IMG/VR virus record: IMGVR_UViG_2931680285_000001
Coordinates: 1-64,000 of that record
DNA from: a virus
Taxonomy: Duplodnaviria > Caudoviricetes
Direction: 5' to 3' (one strand)
Length of the DNA: 64,000 nucleotides
Shown here: positions 36,768-47,300 of the stretch, piece after piece
Position numbering within the stretch: position 1 is the first letter of the stretch
Layout: each line of letters starts with the position of its first letter
The notes under the pieces: model-generated
Seen by the model: only the letters and a program-made list of their open reading frames with translations
Databases searched by the model: none
Told to the model about the DNA's origin: nothing
Program-made: the position numbers and the translations under genes

Positions 36768-37658
36768 GTGAACGAACTGCGAGTCCTGACCTGGAACATC
36801 ATGCGGGGGGAGAACCTGCGCCGCGTGATCAAGCACGTCAAGGACGTCCACCCGGACGTCTGGCTTGCCCAGGAGATTCAACCCAAGCACCACCGGCTTC
36901 TCGAACAGAAGACCGGTATGCGCTGCTACCCGGCGCCGCGCACCGCGAACAGCATCAACGACAACGCCATCTTCGTACGAGAGCGGGACGACAGCCCTCT
37001 CGTCGTGGAGGACGTCTTCGAGCACCCTCTCAACGGTTGGCACCCGCCCGCCAACGTGACCCTTGTTGACGAGCGCTTCCGCACGGAGCACGGCGCCCGC
37101 CCCCTCAGCCTGGTCAGTCACCACCTCTGCTATTTCTCCCCGGATCGACGGCTCGCCGAGGCTGAGTGGCTGACCACCCTGGCCAAGCCCGGCTGGCTGG
37201 CCTTCATCGGCGGGGACTTCAACAGCTACCCCGCCCGCGAGGCCCCGACCGACGAAACGTGGGCGGAAGTCCTGGCCGGGGACCACGCCGACCGCGCGTT
37301 CTACACCAACCGGACCCTCCTCTTCGGCGAACGCCGGATCAGCGACGTACGCCCCCACAGCACGCTCACCTCGGCCGGATTCGTCGACCTGGCTCTGTGG
37401 GCACGCGACCGCATGGGGCAGCCCTTCGCCGCCGAGCCGACGGCTGGCCACATGAATTCCGCGAGGCAGGGCGGCCAGTGGCGGATCGACTGGAACATCG
37501 CCAGTCGCGAGCTCGCGCCGGCCGTGCTCGATGTCGCCGTCGGGGAAGAGATGAAGCACGTTTCGGACCATCTGCCGATCGTGACCCGCCTCGACCTGGA
37601 CGCGGTCTTGGAGAGCATGCGCCCCGCTCTAACGGACTCCCTCGACGCCCAGGCGTAA
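36768..37658 (+). CDS. endonuclease/exonuclease/phosphatase family protein
   Basis: LTWNI, AQE, HHL, GGDFN, RID, SDHLP. Confidence 0.85.
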   Translation: MNELRVLTWNIMRGENLRRVIKHVKDVHPDVWLAQEIQPKHHRLLEQKTGMRCYPAPRTANSINDNAIFVRERDDSPLVVEDVFEHPLNGWHPPANVTLVDERFRTEHGARPLSLVSHHLCYFSPDRRLAEAEWLTTLAKPGWLAFIGGDFNSYPAREAPTDETWAEVLAGDHADRAFYTNRTLLFGERRISDVRPHSTLTSAGFVDLALWARDRMGQPFAAEPTAGHMNSARQGGQWRIDWNIASRELAPAVLDVAVGEEMKHVSDHLPIVTRLDLDAVLESMRPALTDSLDAQA

Positions 37659-37740
37659 CAGATCCCAGCTCTCCGACGTACGGCGAGGGGAGAGGTTACG
37701 GATTGCGTCAACCTCCCAGCGAATCGGCTTGGAGGAATGA

Positions 37741-38217
37741 GTGACGACCGCCACTGCTCCCCTCTTGCCGGCCACGGGCCGGGCCTTCTGGCAGGAATCC
37801 CTCTTCTCGACCAACCCCGTCTCCCCGCCTGTCGGACAGAGGGACCAGCCGGACCATTCCCCATCGTCCTCTGAGCCTCAGGACCTCACGCACACGTGGT
37901 TGGTCGCGGCCGAGATCCAGGTCGAACCGCGAGTCGCGAGCATCGCCGACTTCAGGGGCTCGTTCAAGGCCACCGCCGGGCAGCGAGTGGAAGCGCTGGA
38001 GGTCTACTGCAAGGGCTGCCGCCGCCCGTACGACGACGTGAAGGGCCGGCCCTGCGAGGAGAAGGTGGATAACCGCCACTTGATCGGCGGGGACCAGTCC
38101 ATCCGGAAGAAGCGGAAGCTGCCCCCGCCGCCGAAGGGCGTGCGGATCATCCCCGGTGAACGAATCCAGCGCCGGGGCATCGGCGCGTACATGGCTGGCG
38201 TCACCCGCCCGAGGTGA
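37741..38217 (+). CDS. hypothetical protein (158 aa)
   Basis: GGAGG RBS; H...CKGC...C. Confidence 0.65.
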   Translation: MTTATAPLLPATGRAFWQESLFSTNPVSPPVGQRDQPDHSPSSSEPQDLTHTWLVAAEIQVEPRVASIADFRGSFKATAGQRVEALEVYCKGCRRPYDDVKGRPCEEKVDNRHLIGGDQSIRKKRKLPPPPKGVRIIPGERIQRRGIGAYMAGVTRPR

Positions 38218-38234
38218 CCCGCTCGTCGAGCACG

Positions 38235-38263
38235 CGACAGTAGCCCCACCCCCCGCTCAGGGT
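38235..38263 (+). promoter_or_regulatory. Putative late promoter (portal operon)
   Basis: CGACAGTA-N15-CAGGGT, 7 nt before GTG 38271. Confidence 0.6.
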
Positions 38264-38270
38264 GCGCGCC

Positions 38271-38609
38271 GTGAGCACACCACCTGAGTCCCCCTCGACA
38301 GATCGCCTCGTACGAGAAGCCGCCGGCCTGCTCCTCGCCGCGATCGGCACGCTGCTCGTCCTCTTCTCGCTCGGGCTCATTCACCCGGTCCTGGGCAGCA
38401 CCGCCGCGACGGCAGCCGCTCTCGGCCTCAGCTACTTCGTCCTGCACCCCCGTGGTCGAGGCGGGCGGATCGCGGCACGGGTGCTCACCGGGACCACATC
38501 TCTGGCCAGCGGCGTGACGGCCTTCCTGTATGTGCCGCCGCTCGCGTGGGTGGAGATCGGCGCGGCGGCTGTGGCCGTAGGAGCGTGGCTCGCCAGCGAG
38601 GGGGCCTGA
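38271..38609 (+). CDS. membrane protein preceding portal (4 hydrophobic segments)
   Basis: Hydrophobic helices; TGATG coupling to portal. Confidence 0.7.
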   Translation: MSTPPESPSTDRLVREAAGLLLAAIGTLLVLFSLGLIHPVLGSTAATAAALGLSYFVLHPRGRGGRIAARVLTGTTSLASGVTAFLYVPPLAWVEIGAAAVAVGAWLASEGA

Positions 38610-41056
38610 TGCCGCGCGAGTTCCTGCCTGGGCTTCGTCGCCTCCTCACCTCCCGCCCGGCGCAGGTGGAGGTGGAGGAGAAGTCCGCGGCGATCGGATC
38701 GTCGTACGTGTCGATGACGTACGCCGGTACGACGACGGTGTGGGGCACGGAGAACCGCGGGGCCGGATGGGACCTGGACCGGGTCATCCAAGAGGGCTAC
38801 GAACGGAGCGTCTGGACCTTCAAGGCCGTCGAGGCGATCTCCAAGCACCCCGGCGCCCTCAGCATCGAGATCGGACGCGGCGGCGATGACCGGCAGTTCG
38901 CCGAAACCCTCACGGACCATCCCCTGCTGCGCGTGCTGAACGTCCGGGCGAACCCTCTAGAGACGGCAGCCGTCTTCAAGAAGCGGCTCTCAGCGCAGTT
39001 CCTGCTCTCGAAGAAGGGCGCGTTCGTCGAGATCACCCGCTCGCGCGCGGGCATGATCACCCGGCTCGATCTGCTGCCGCCCAACCGGGTCGAGCCGATC
39101 CCTGACCCGCGCGGTGACTACCTCAGCCACTACCAGTTCACGACGTACGACGGCAGAATCCGCGAGCTCGATCCCAGCCGCGTCGTCTGGCTGCGCGACC
39201 CCCACCCGACCGACCCCTACTGCGGCGTCACCCCGCTCGAAGCCGCCGGTCTGTCCGTCGACCTCGACATCAAGGCCCGGCTCTACAACATCGCCTTCAT
39301 CGACAACGACGCGAGGCCGAGCGGGATCGTGGCCATCGATGTCGACGGGCTGGACCAGCGGGAGATCGACCGCATCCAACAGCGTCTCGCACCCGGTGCG
39401 CAGCAGGCGGGCGAGACCGTGGTCGTCGGCAGCGGGCCGGGCGGCCTCAACTACGTGGACACCAGCACCCGGCCCCGGGACATGAACTACGAGTCCCTGG
39501 CCAAGGCGGCAAAGGACGAGATCTTGAGCGCCTTCGGGGTGCCGGAGAGCATCGTCGGAAACGCGTCCGAGAGGACTTACGCGAACGCGGACCGCGAGGA
39601 GTGGAACTACTGGCAGCACACCGAGCTGCCGCACCTGGGCCTGATCGCGTCCGCCTTCGACTTCGATCTCGACGACGGCTGGTCGATCCGCTTCGACACT
39701 AGCGGGGTCGAGGCGTTGGAGTTCCCCAGGCGGCAGCGTCGGGCGGAGGCCCGGGAAGAGTGGAACGCCGGTTTGATCACGGCCGACGAGTACCGGGAGA
39801 TCGCCGGTCGCCGGCCGTTCAATGTGCCTCACACCCGCGCCCTGTGGATCAGCCCCCAGAAGGCGCCCGTGCCTGCGAGCGAGGCTGACGCTGCCGCGCT
39901 CGGCGTTGCGCAGGACCCCGCAGCCGGTGGTACGCCGGGCCTGCCTGGGGCTGGAGGTCCGCCTGCACGGCCGTCGTCTGCCGGTGCCGGGTCGGCGGCT
40001 GCCGCTGTCGCCGAGCCCACTGGCGCCTCCGGGTCGTCAGCTGCCGAGGACGTGGCGGCGGCAAGGAGCATGCTGGATGCGCCCGCCCTCGGCTCGGCCG
40101 CCGAAGACGTAGTCGCAGCGCGCGAGAAGCACCCGCTTCGGATCGACGGCGAGGCGTCAGCCGACGTGGCGGCGGCCCGCTCCACCGCCACCGCAACGAG
40201 CTCGGGGGACGCGGCGACGGATGTCGAGGCCGCGCGTACTCCGCTGGAGGGCAAGTCCGCCTCCGGCGGCGGCTACGAGGTCACGGACTCCGATTTCGAC
40301 ACGGCGGTCTCAGCGGTCACGGCCGTGCTCGCCGCGCTCCTGGCTCGCCAGGAAGGCGTGATCCGGGCCCGGCTGCGCTCTCCGAAGCTGCGCAAGCACA
40401 CAAGGTACTGGTCCCCGGACGGAGACACCGATCTGCGCGGAGGGACGGCGGCGATCGACGGTCAGCGCGTCGTCGGTGCTGCCCGCTGGGAGGAGGAGGT
40501 GGCCTCCACCCTTGCTCCGGTCCTTCAGCAGACCGCGTCGTCCACCGCCCAGAAGGTGACCAAGCACCTGACGGGCGCTGGCAGCGTGCCGGCCGGTGCC
40601 GCCGCCGCTGCTCTCACCGCGGCTGCTGTGTCCGGGCGCGCCGTCCTCGCCCTGCTCGCGGATCTGGCTGACGCCCTGGACGCCGCCCAGAACGAGACGA
40701 CGACCCTCGCCGATCTCGACGAGGTGATCACCAGCTTCTTCGCGGACCGCGCCGCGCCGTTCATCAGCCACATCGCCGAGTCCTCTGCGGTGACCACCGT
40801 GAACGGAGCTGCCGACGCTGCCGCCGAGAGCATCGGGCCATCAGTCCTGCGTACCTGGGTGACGAGGCGCGACGGCCGCGTACGGCCGCAGCACCAGCAG
40901 CTCGACGGAATCACCCTGCCCACCGGCACCGCGTTCGAGGTGGACCGTGTCCGCCTGCGCTACCCCGGCGACCCATTCGCCCCAGCTGACCTCACCGCCA
41001 ACTGCCGCTGCCGGCTGCGGTACCGCACCGGCCCTGCTCCGAGGGAGACCCCGTGA
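38609..41056 (+). CDS. phage portal protein fused to MuF/head-morphogenesis domain (815 aa)
   Basis: Portal motifs (LLRVL..N, G.TPL, N.ARPSG, ILSAFGVP, TYAN, GLITADEYR); C-terminal WVTRRDGRVRPQH...RYPGDP...NCRC. Confidence 0.85.
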   Translation: MPREFLPGLRRLLTSRPAQVEVEEKSAAIGSSYVSMTYAGTTTVWGTENRGAGWDLDRVIQEGYERSVWTFKAVEAISKHPGALSIEIGRGGDDRQFAETLTDHPLLRVLNVRANPLETAAVFKKRLSAQFLLSKKGAFVEITRSRAGMITRLDLLPPNRVEPIPDPRGDYLSHYQFTTYDGRIRELDPSRVVWLRDPHPTDPYCGVTPLEAAGLSVDLDIKARLYNIAFIDNDARPSGIVAIDVDGLDQREIDRIQQRLAPGAQQAGETVVVGSGPGGLNYVDTSTRPRDMNYESLAKAAKDEILSAFGVPESIVGNASERTYANADREEWNYWQHTELPHLGLIASAFDFDLDDGWSIRFDTSGVEALEFPRRQRRAEAREEWNAGLITADEYREIAGRRPFNVPHTRALWISPQKAPVPASEADAAALGVAQDPAAGGTPGLPGAGGPPARPSSAGAGSAAAAVAEPTGASGSSAAEDVAAARSMLDAPALGSAAEDVVAAREKHPLRIDGEASADVAAARSTATATSSGDAATDVEAARTPLEGKSASGGGYEVTDSDFDTAVSAVTAVLAALLARQEGVIRARLRSPKLRKHTRYWSPDGDTDLRGGTAAIDGQRVVGAARWEEEVASTLAPVLQQTASSTAQKVTKHLTGAGSVPAGAAAAALTAAAVSGRAVLALLADLADALDAAQNETTTLADLDEVITSFFADRAAPFISHIAESSAVTTVNGAADAAAESIGPSVLRTWVTRRDGRVRPQHQQLDGITLPTGTAFEVDRVRLRYPGDPFAPADLTANCRCRLRYRTGPAPRETP

Positions 41057-41268
41057 TCTGGCCCACCGTCTGGTTCGTCTGGACCTGCATGTTCGCCGTC
41101 GCCGAGACCATCGCCCTGGTCAACCGGCGCGAGGGCGACACCCTGAGCGAAACCGTCCGGGCTCTGTTCCACACCCGCACCTCCAAGGTCGGACGGGCGG
41201 CGTTCGCCGTCGGGTGGGCCGGATTCTCCGTCTGGTTCGCGGTACACATCCTCACCGAGACGATGTGA
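41053..41268 (+). CDS. small two-TM membrane protein
   Basis: GTGA overlap; W..W...F...E..AL...DTLSE...W...H. Confidence 0.65.
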   Translation: MIWPTVWFVWTCMFAVAETIALVNRREGDTLSETVRALFHTRTSKVGRAAFAVGWAGFSVWFAVHILTETM

Positions 41269-41310
41269 GCCCGTCTCCGTAGAGGGCAGCCCCGCCGGAC
41301 AGGCAGGCCG

Positions 41311-41339
41311 CGACGCTAGGCCGTCGCGCTCTGCATCGT
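41311..41339 (+). promoter_or_regulatory. Putative late promoter (leaderless giant gene)
   Basis: CGACGCTA-N15-CATCGT, 6 nt before ATG 41346. Confidence 0.6.
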
Positions 41340-41345
41340 CCGCGC

Positions 41346-44300
41346 ATGCTGATGCGCACCGCCCCGACCGACCTGAGTCGCACCCTTGAGGCCAAGTCCG
41401 TACGACGGCCGTGGAACTCTGCCCTCCACCCTCGGGACTCGAAGGGCAGGTTCATCGAAACGGGAGGAATTGCCCGCCTTTGGTCGGGCAATCTCGCCCG
41501 CGTCGTGCGCGCCCTGCCTCGCGACCGCGTCCTCGTCCAGGACCGTGCGTCCGACGGCACCTACACGGGACGGCGGCACAGCACCAGCGCCAAGTGGATC
41601 ACCATGGTGGCGCGCCCCGACGGCTCCGCGCCGACCGCGAACCAGAAGAAGGTCGAGCAGGAGGACGCCCGCCGGGGCGCCGACGACCGTCGCGGCCTCG
41701 GGCTGTCCCGCGACGACCACGGTGACCCGGACACGCCGGACGAGCCACACGACGTCGACGACGAGGGCAACGCGATCGGCGACGATGAGGGTGACGCGCC
41801 GGAGGACGACGACCAGGACGAGCCGGAAGACGGCACCCACGACGTCGACACGGACACCCTGCCCAACCGGCAGGCTCTGCCCGGCAGCCGTTTCACGGAC
41901 ACGGCCGCCGTACGTCGGCACTTCCTGGAGCTGGCCGAGCAGCCCGGCACCAACTCGGCGGCCCTGCGACGTCTCGCGGGCGATGAGGACTTGCAGATCA
42001 CGCCGACCGGCGGCCTGGTCACCACCCGCGACGACGCCAACGGCCGCTGGTACCTGACCGCGACCGGCACCGGCGGCTACCTCGACGTCGGCGACTTCTC
42101 CAGTCGCAGCGAGGCGGAGGCCGCCGCCGACTCCATCCACGAGAACGTCCGCAACGGCCACATCATGCCGGGCGAGTTCAACCAGCCCATCGACTTCTCC
42201 GACCCGAAGATCGGGACCTGGCTCCAGGACTGGCGCTCCACCAAGGGCGAGGGCGCCGAGCAGGCGATCCGCCGTGCGGTCAGCGACTTCCGCGCCTCTC
42301 GCCACAAGGAGGGTTCCGCCTCGCGTCCGAAGCCGGTACGCCAGGCCGCTCAGCCGCGAGGCCGGTTCACCACCCTCCAGCAGGCGCGGGACAACTGGGC
42401 CCGGCGTGCCGCAGACCTGCGGGCCTCCGGAAGCGAACAGGACCGGGCTGCCGCTCGTGCTCTCGACGAGCTGATCAAGGAGCCGCGGCTCAAGCTCGTC
42501 GGCGACGGACAGTTCGTCACCCACCGCGTGGACGGCGACTGGTACCTGCACGCGACCGGCACCGGACAGCAGATGGGGTGGTGGTTCGACAAGCAGGCGG
42601 ACGCGAAGGGCTTCGCCGACCACATCGTTGGCACGCTGAAGGGCAAGGACGGCAAGCCGCTCGACTTCTCCGACCCCGCCTTCGCCGACTACCGGGGCAC
42701 GTGGCGTTCGGACAAGGGCCGCGACTACCACCAGGAGTGGACCGCCGCTCGCGCCCTGTGGGACCAGGAGCACCCGCCCAAGCACAGCATCGCCACCGAC
42801 CGGCTCGCCGAGACGCTGCGACGCCCGCCGTTCGGCGACCAGCCGACCCCGGACGACAAGGACGAACAGTCCGCTCCGCCGTCCCCGGCACCGGGCAACG
42901 ACTCCGAGAACGACGTCCCGGGGACCGACTCCGGCCAGTCCGAACCTGGCCCGGCAGGCGAGCAGCCGGAGCCGGAGCAGGCCCCCGATCCCGAGGAGGC
43001 ACCGGAGGAGAGCGACGACCGGCCGGCAGGCGTGCCCGCCGACGCCGAGCCCGTCGACGGCGTGCCCGGGTACTGGGCAACGTCCTGGAACCCCGGCCCG
43101 GTCACCGTGTACGGCCCGGACGGCAGCCGGATCGCGTCTGTCGAAGGCGGCTACAGCGACCGGCACGCGACCGTCGACGGCGTACGGCTCCCCATCGGCG
43201 GCCACCTCACCATCGCTGACCAGATCATCGCCCGCCACCACCTGGCCACCACCGACCCGTCCCAGGCCGACCGCGTCCACCTCGCGTGGACCATGCACAA
43301 GACCAAGCGCGTGGTCGCCGTACGCGGCACCGTCAAGGACGATCCGACCGACGACCGCGCCGTCAACGCGGCCGGCAAGCTCGCCTGGTCCCCGGTGCAG
43401 AGCGCGCGGATCACCGGCACCCAGTGGAAGCCGGAGACCCGCGACCGCAAGGCCGCCGACATCCTGGCCGCCTTCGTCCGCCAGGGCCGCAACGTCCGCT
43501 TCACGGACGAGACCACCCGCAAGTCCGATGCTCCAGAGCCGTCGCAGCCGCTCGACGAGGAGGACAAGAAGCTCCGCGTCATGTCCGAGACGGACCTGCG
43601 CGAGCACCGCACCAACCTCCAGTTCCACGCCCAGACGGCACGGTCCCCGCGCAGCAAGCAGCAGGCCCTCAACTCCGTGCGCAAGGTGGAAGCGGAGCTG
43701 GAGCGCCGTCGCGCCGTCGCCGAGGACGGCGAGCAGAAGACCCCTCAGGAGCGTGCAGCGGCCCTGAGCGATGTCGACCTCGCCCAGGCCATCAGTAACT
43801 CCGAGCGCGAGCGCGGCACCTACGGCTCGCGTCGCGGCGACAAGCTCAACGATGACGAACGGGCGCTGTACGCGGACCGCCGCCGCCGCTCCACCGAGCG
43901 GATCTCGCGCGTCGCGGCCCCGCAGGACCTCGACGACGACGCCCTCACCTCGTACATCCAGGACCTGGACCGGCTGAAGCGAGCCCACGACCCGGGCGGT
44001 TCGACTCACGAGGAAGACGACCTTGCCCCCGAGCGCGACCTCTGGGACGACGTCTCTTCCCGGCTCGACGATGCCCTGAAGGAGCAGAGCGAGCGGCAGC
44101 TCCGCCAGATCGAGCAGCGCCCTCCCGTGCAGGACCTCGACGACGAAGCCCTGGAGGCGGAGGCCGCCAGGCTCCCGGTACGCCTGCCGAAGCTGGACGA
44201 GGAGCAGAACAAGATCCTCTCTGCCCGCCGCAGAGCGGTGTACGAGGAGCGTCAGAACAGGAAGGCGGGGGTCTACCGGCGCCGGCCCGAGCCCTCCGGC

Positions 44301-47300
44301 CTCGAAGACGGCGATCTCGTCAAGGAGTTCCGCGAGCTCCAGAAGAACCGCAACCTGACATCCGGAGCCGAGCGCGAGGCCCTGGAGGAGCGCCGGCGGG
44401 CCATCTTCGACGAGCAGAACCGTCGCGGTGCGAAGGGCCACGAGGAGACCGTGCGGCGTGCCGAGACCCGCGAAGACCCGCTGAACGCGCACTACAACAT
44501 CTCGGTCCGGGTCGACGGCAACTCTTACGGCGAGGTCTCGTACCACGAAACCGGCTCCACCTGGGCAGGCGGCCCCAAGGCCGGATGGAACGCGAAGACC
44601 GACCGGTACGGGGGCGGCCTGGGCTCCTTCCCGAGCATGGTCGAGGCCCTGGCCGCGCTCGTCGAGAACTACGACACCGACCCCAACACCGAGCCGGTCC
44701 GCCTGTACGGCCGGACCCACCAGGTATGGGTGCCGAAGATGTTCTTCGAGCTGTACCAGTCCTCCCGGCGCGCGGACTCCTTCCCGTCAGCGACCAAGGA
44801 ACGCCAGACCCTCTACGGCCGGTTCAAGGGGCACGGCTACGGATGGTCGGACCGCACCAATCCGATCACCGGGAAGATCGGCAAGGGCGCCGTCCTGGAG
44901 ATCCCTGAGGGACTGCTCGCCGAGTTCCAGCGGGTCACCGAGGAACTGTCCCGGGAAATGATGCTGCGGTCCACCGACCGCGAGCTGGACTCGTCGGACC
45001 GTTCCAAGGCCCGTACTCGACTGGCCGCGATCAACGCGGCGCTGCACGGCATCGACGCCGCGCGCACGAATGTACGAAAGGATGGCGGGGACGACGACCG
45101 CAAGGTCATCTCCGCCAAGGAGATCGAGGCGCAGCAGGCAGCCCTGCGCGCCGCACTGAGTACGGATGAGAGGGCTGAGGATGAGCATCTACAGCCAGGT
45201 GGCCAGGGACCACTGGACGAAGCATCTGCCCAGGGAACTGGCGCAGATGGCCGACCCGGAGAAGTTCTTCCTGAGCAAGGGCAGGGAGATCGAGACGGCG
45301 ATTCTGGTGGCCGAGGAGGCGCTGGAGAAGACCGTGCCGGCGGCGACGGAGTACGAGCAGCGGGCGGGTCAGCTCAGGCAGATCAGGGCGACCGCGACCG
45401 AGATGGTGCTGCGGGACCTGCTGCCGGAGCCCGAGCCGGAGACCGAGGAGCTGCCGACCCTCACGCCGGAGATGCGGGATCTGCTGGCGATGAAGGACGA
45501 GGTGTACGACATGTAGGCCGGTTCCGGCCGGACCCGGCCGACGCCGCGACCCGCGGGCCCGTTCAGCGTGCTGCCGCGAACGTCGAGGCGATCCGGGTCC
45601 TGAAGCGGCTGGAGCAGGAGAACCGTCCGGCCACCGAGCAGGAGAAGCGCACCCTCGCCCGCTGGAGCGGCTGGGGCTCGGTTCCGATCATGTTCGCGTC
45701 GGAGCCGAACGAGAAGGAGCCGCGCTACCAGCAGGGTGGCGCGCGCTTCGGGAAGTTCACGCAGGACCACGCCCGCTGGGCGGAGTACACCGACCTGCGG
45801 GCCATGCTCTCGAACGAGCTGACGCCGCTGGAGTGGCAGCAGGCTCGACGCGGCACGCTGTCCATGCACTACACGCCTCAGGGCATCGCCGAGGCCATGT
45901 GGGACGGCCTCAAGGCCCTCGGGTTCGAGCGCGGCGACGTTCTGGAGGCCGGGTCCGGGTCGGGCACGTTCTTCGGTGTCTCCCCGCAGGACGCCCGCCT
46001 CACGGGCGTCGAGCTCGATCCGACCACGGCACGGATCGCGAAGGCGATCTACCCGGACGTCAACGTCCTGAACGAGAACTTCGCCGAGACGGACGCCCCG
46101 GCCGGAACCTTCGACGCGTCCATCGGCAACGTGCCCTTCGCCGCTGTCCCCTTCGGCGATAAGCGCTACCCGTCCGAGTCCCTGCACAACGGCTTCGTCA
46201 CCAAGGAACTGGCACTGACCCGCCCCGGCGGCGTCACGCTCCTCATCACCTCGCGCCACACCCTGGACTCCAAGGGCGACAAGGCCCGCAAGCAGATCGC
46301 GAAGTACGGCGACCTCATTGGCGCCGTCCGCCTGCCGTCCGGCGTCTTCAGCGACGCCGGCACCAGCGTGGTCGCCGACGTCCTCGTCCTGCGTCGCCGT
46401 GCCGACGGCCAGGAGCCGGGAGACACCTCCTGGCTGAACGCGCCCGAGCGGAAGGTCGGGGACACCCGAGAGCACGTCAACGCCTACTTCGCTCAGCACC
46501 CTGAGCACATCCTGGGCGACCTCACCACCGAGTCGTCGCCGTACGGCCCGCGCCTGACCGTCAAGGGCGATCCGGGCAAGGCGGCCGACCAACTCCGCGA
46601 CGCCCTTCGCGACATCGCCGAGAAGGCCAAGGAGGACGGCCGCGGCTACGAGCCGCACCCCGACGGAGACGACCGCCTTCCCATCCACCTCCAGACCGCC
46701 CGCGAGAAGCACGCCAACGACTGGACCGGCCGCCTCTACGAAGGCGACGACGGCCAGCTCTACCAGCACGTCAACGGCGGCAACCCCGTCGTAGTCGAGC
46801 CGTCCGACGGCCAGGCCGACCAACTCCGGGCCCTGATGCAGCTCCGCGACGTCGCCGCCGAACTGCGTGTCCTGGACCGCAAGCGGGAGGAGGACGAGCG
46901 GGCCGAGAAGCTGCGTGCCCAGCTTCGCGACCTGCACACCTCGTACGTGCAGCAGTACGGGCCGCTGTCCAAGCCGGGCCAGTTCCGCAGCATGAAGACC
47001 GGCGTCCGAGAGGACGGCACGGAGGAGCGCACCCCGACCGCCTGGGGCTACTTCCGCTCCGACCCCGACGCCGGGTCGGTCCTCGCACTGGAGCGCTGGG
47101 ACGCGGACAAGCAGGAGCCGGTCCTCTCCCGCGTCTTCACCGAGCGGGCCGCCGCCCGTCGGCAGCCGCTCGACCAGACCGACGACCCGAAGACCGCCCT
47201 GTCCGCGGTCGTCGCCGCCACCGGCGAGGTCGACCTCGGCGAGATCGCCCGCCTGCTGAACACCGACCCGCAGGACGCCCTGCGGGCCCTGGGCACCGAG

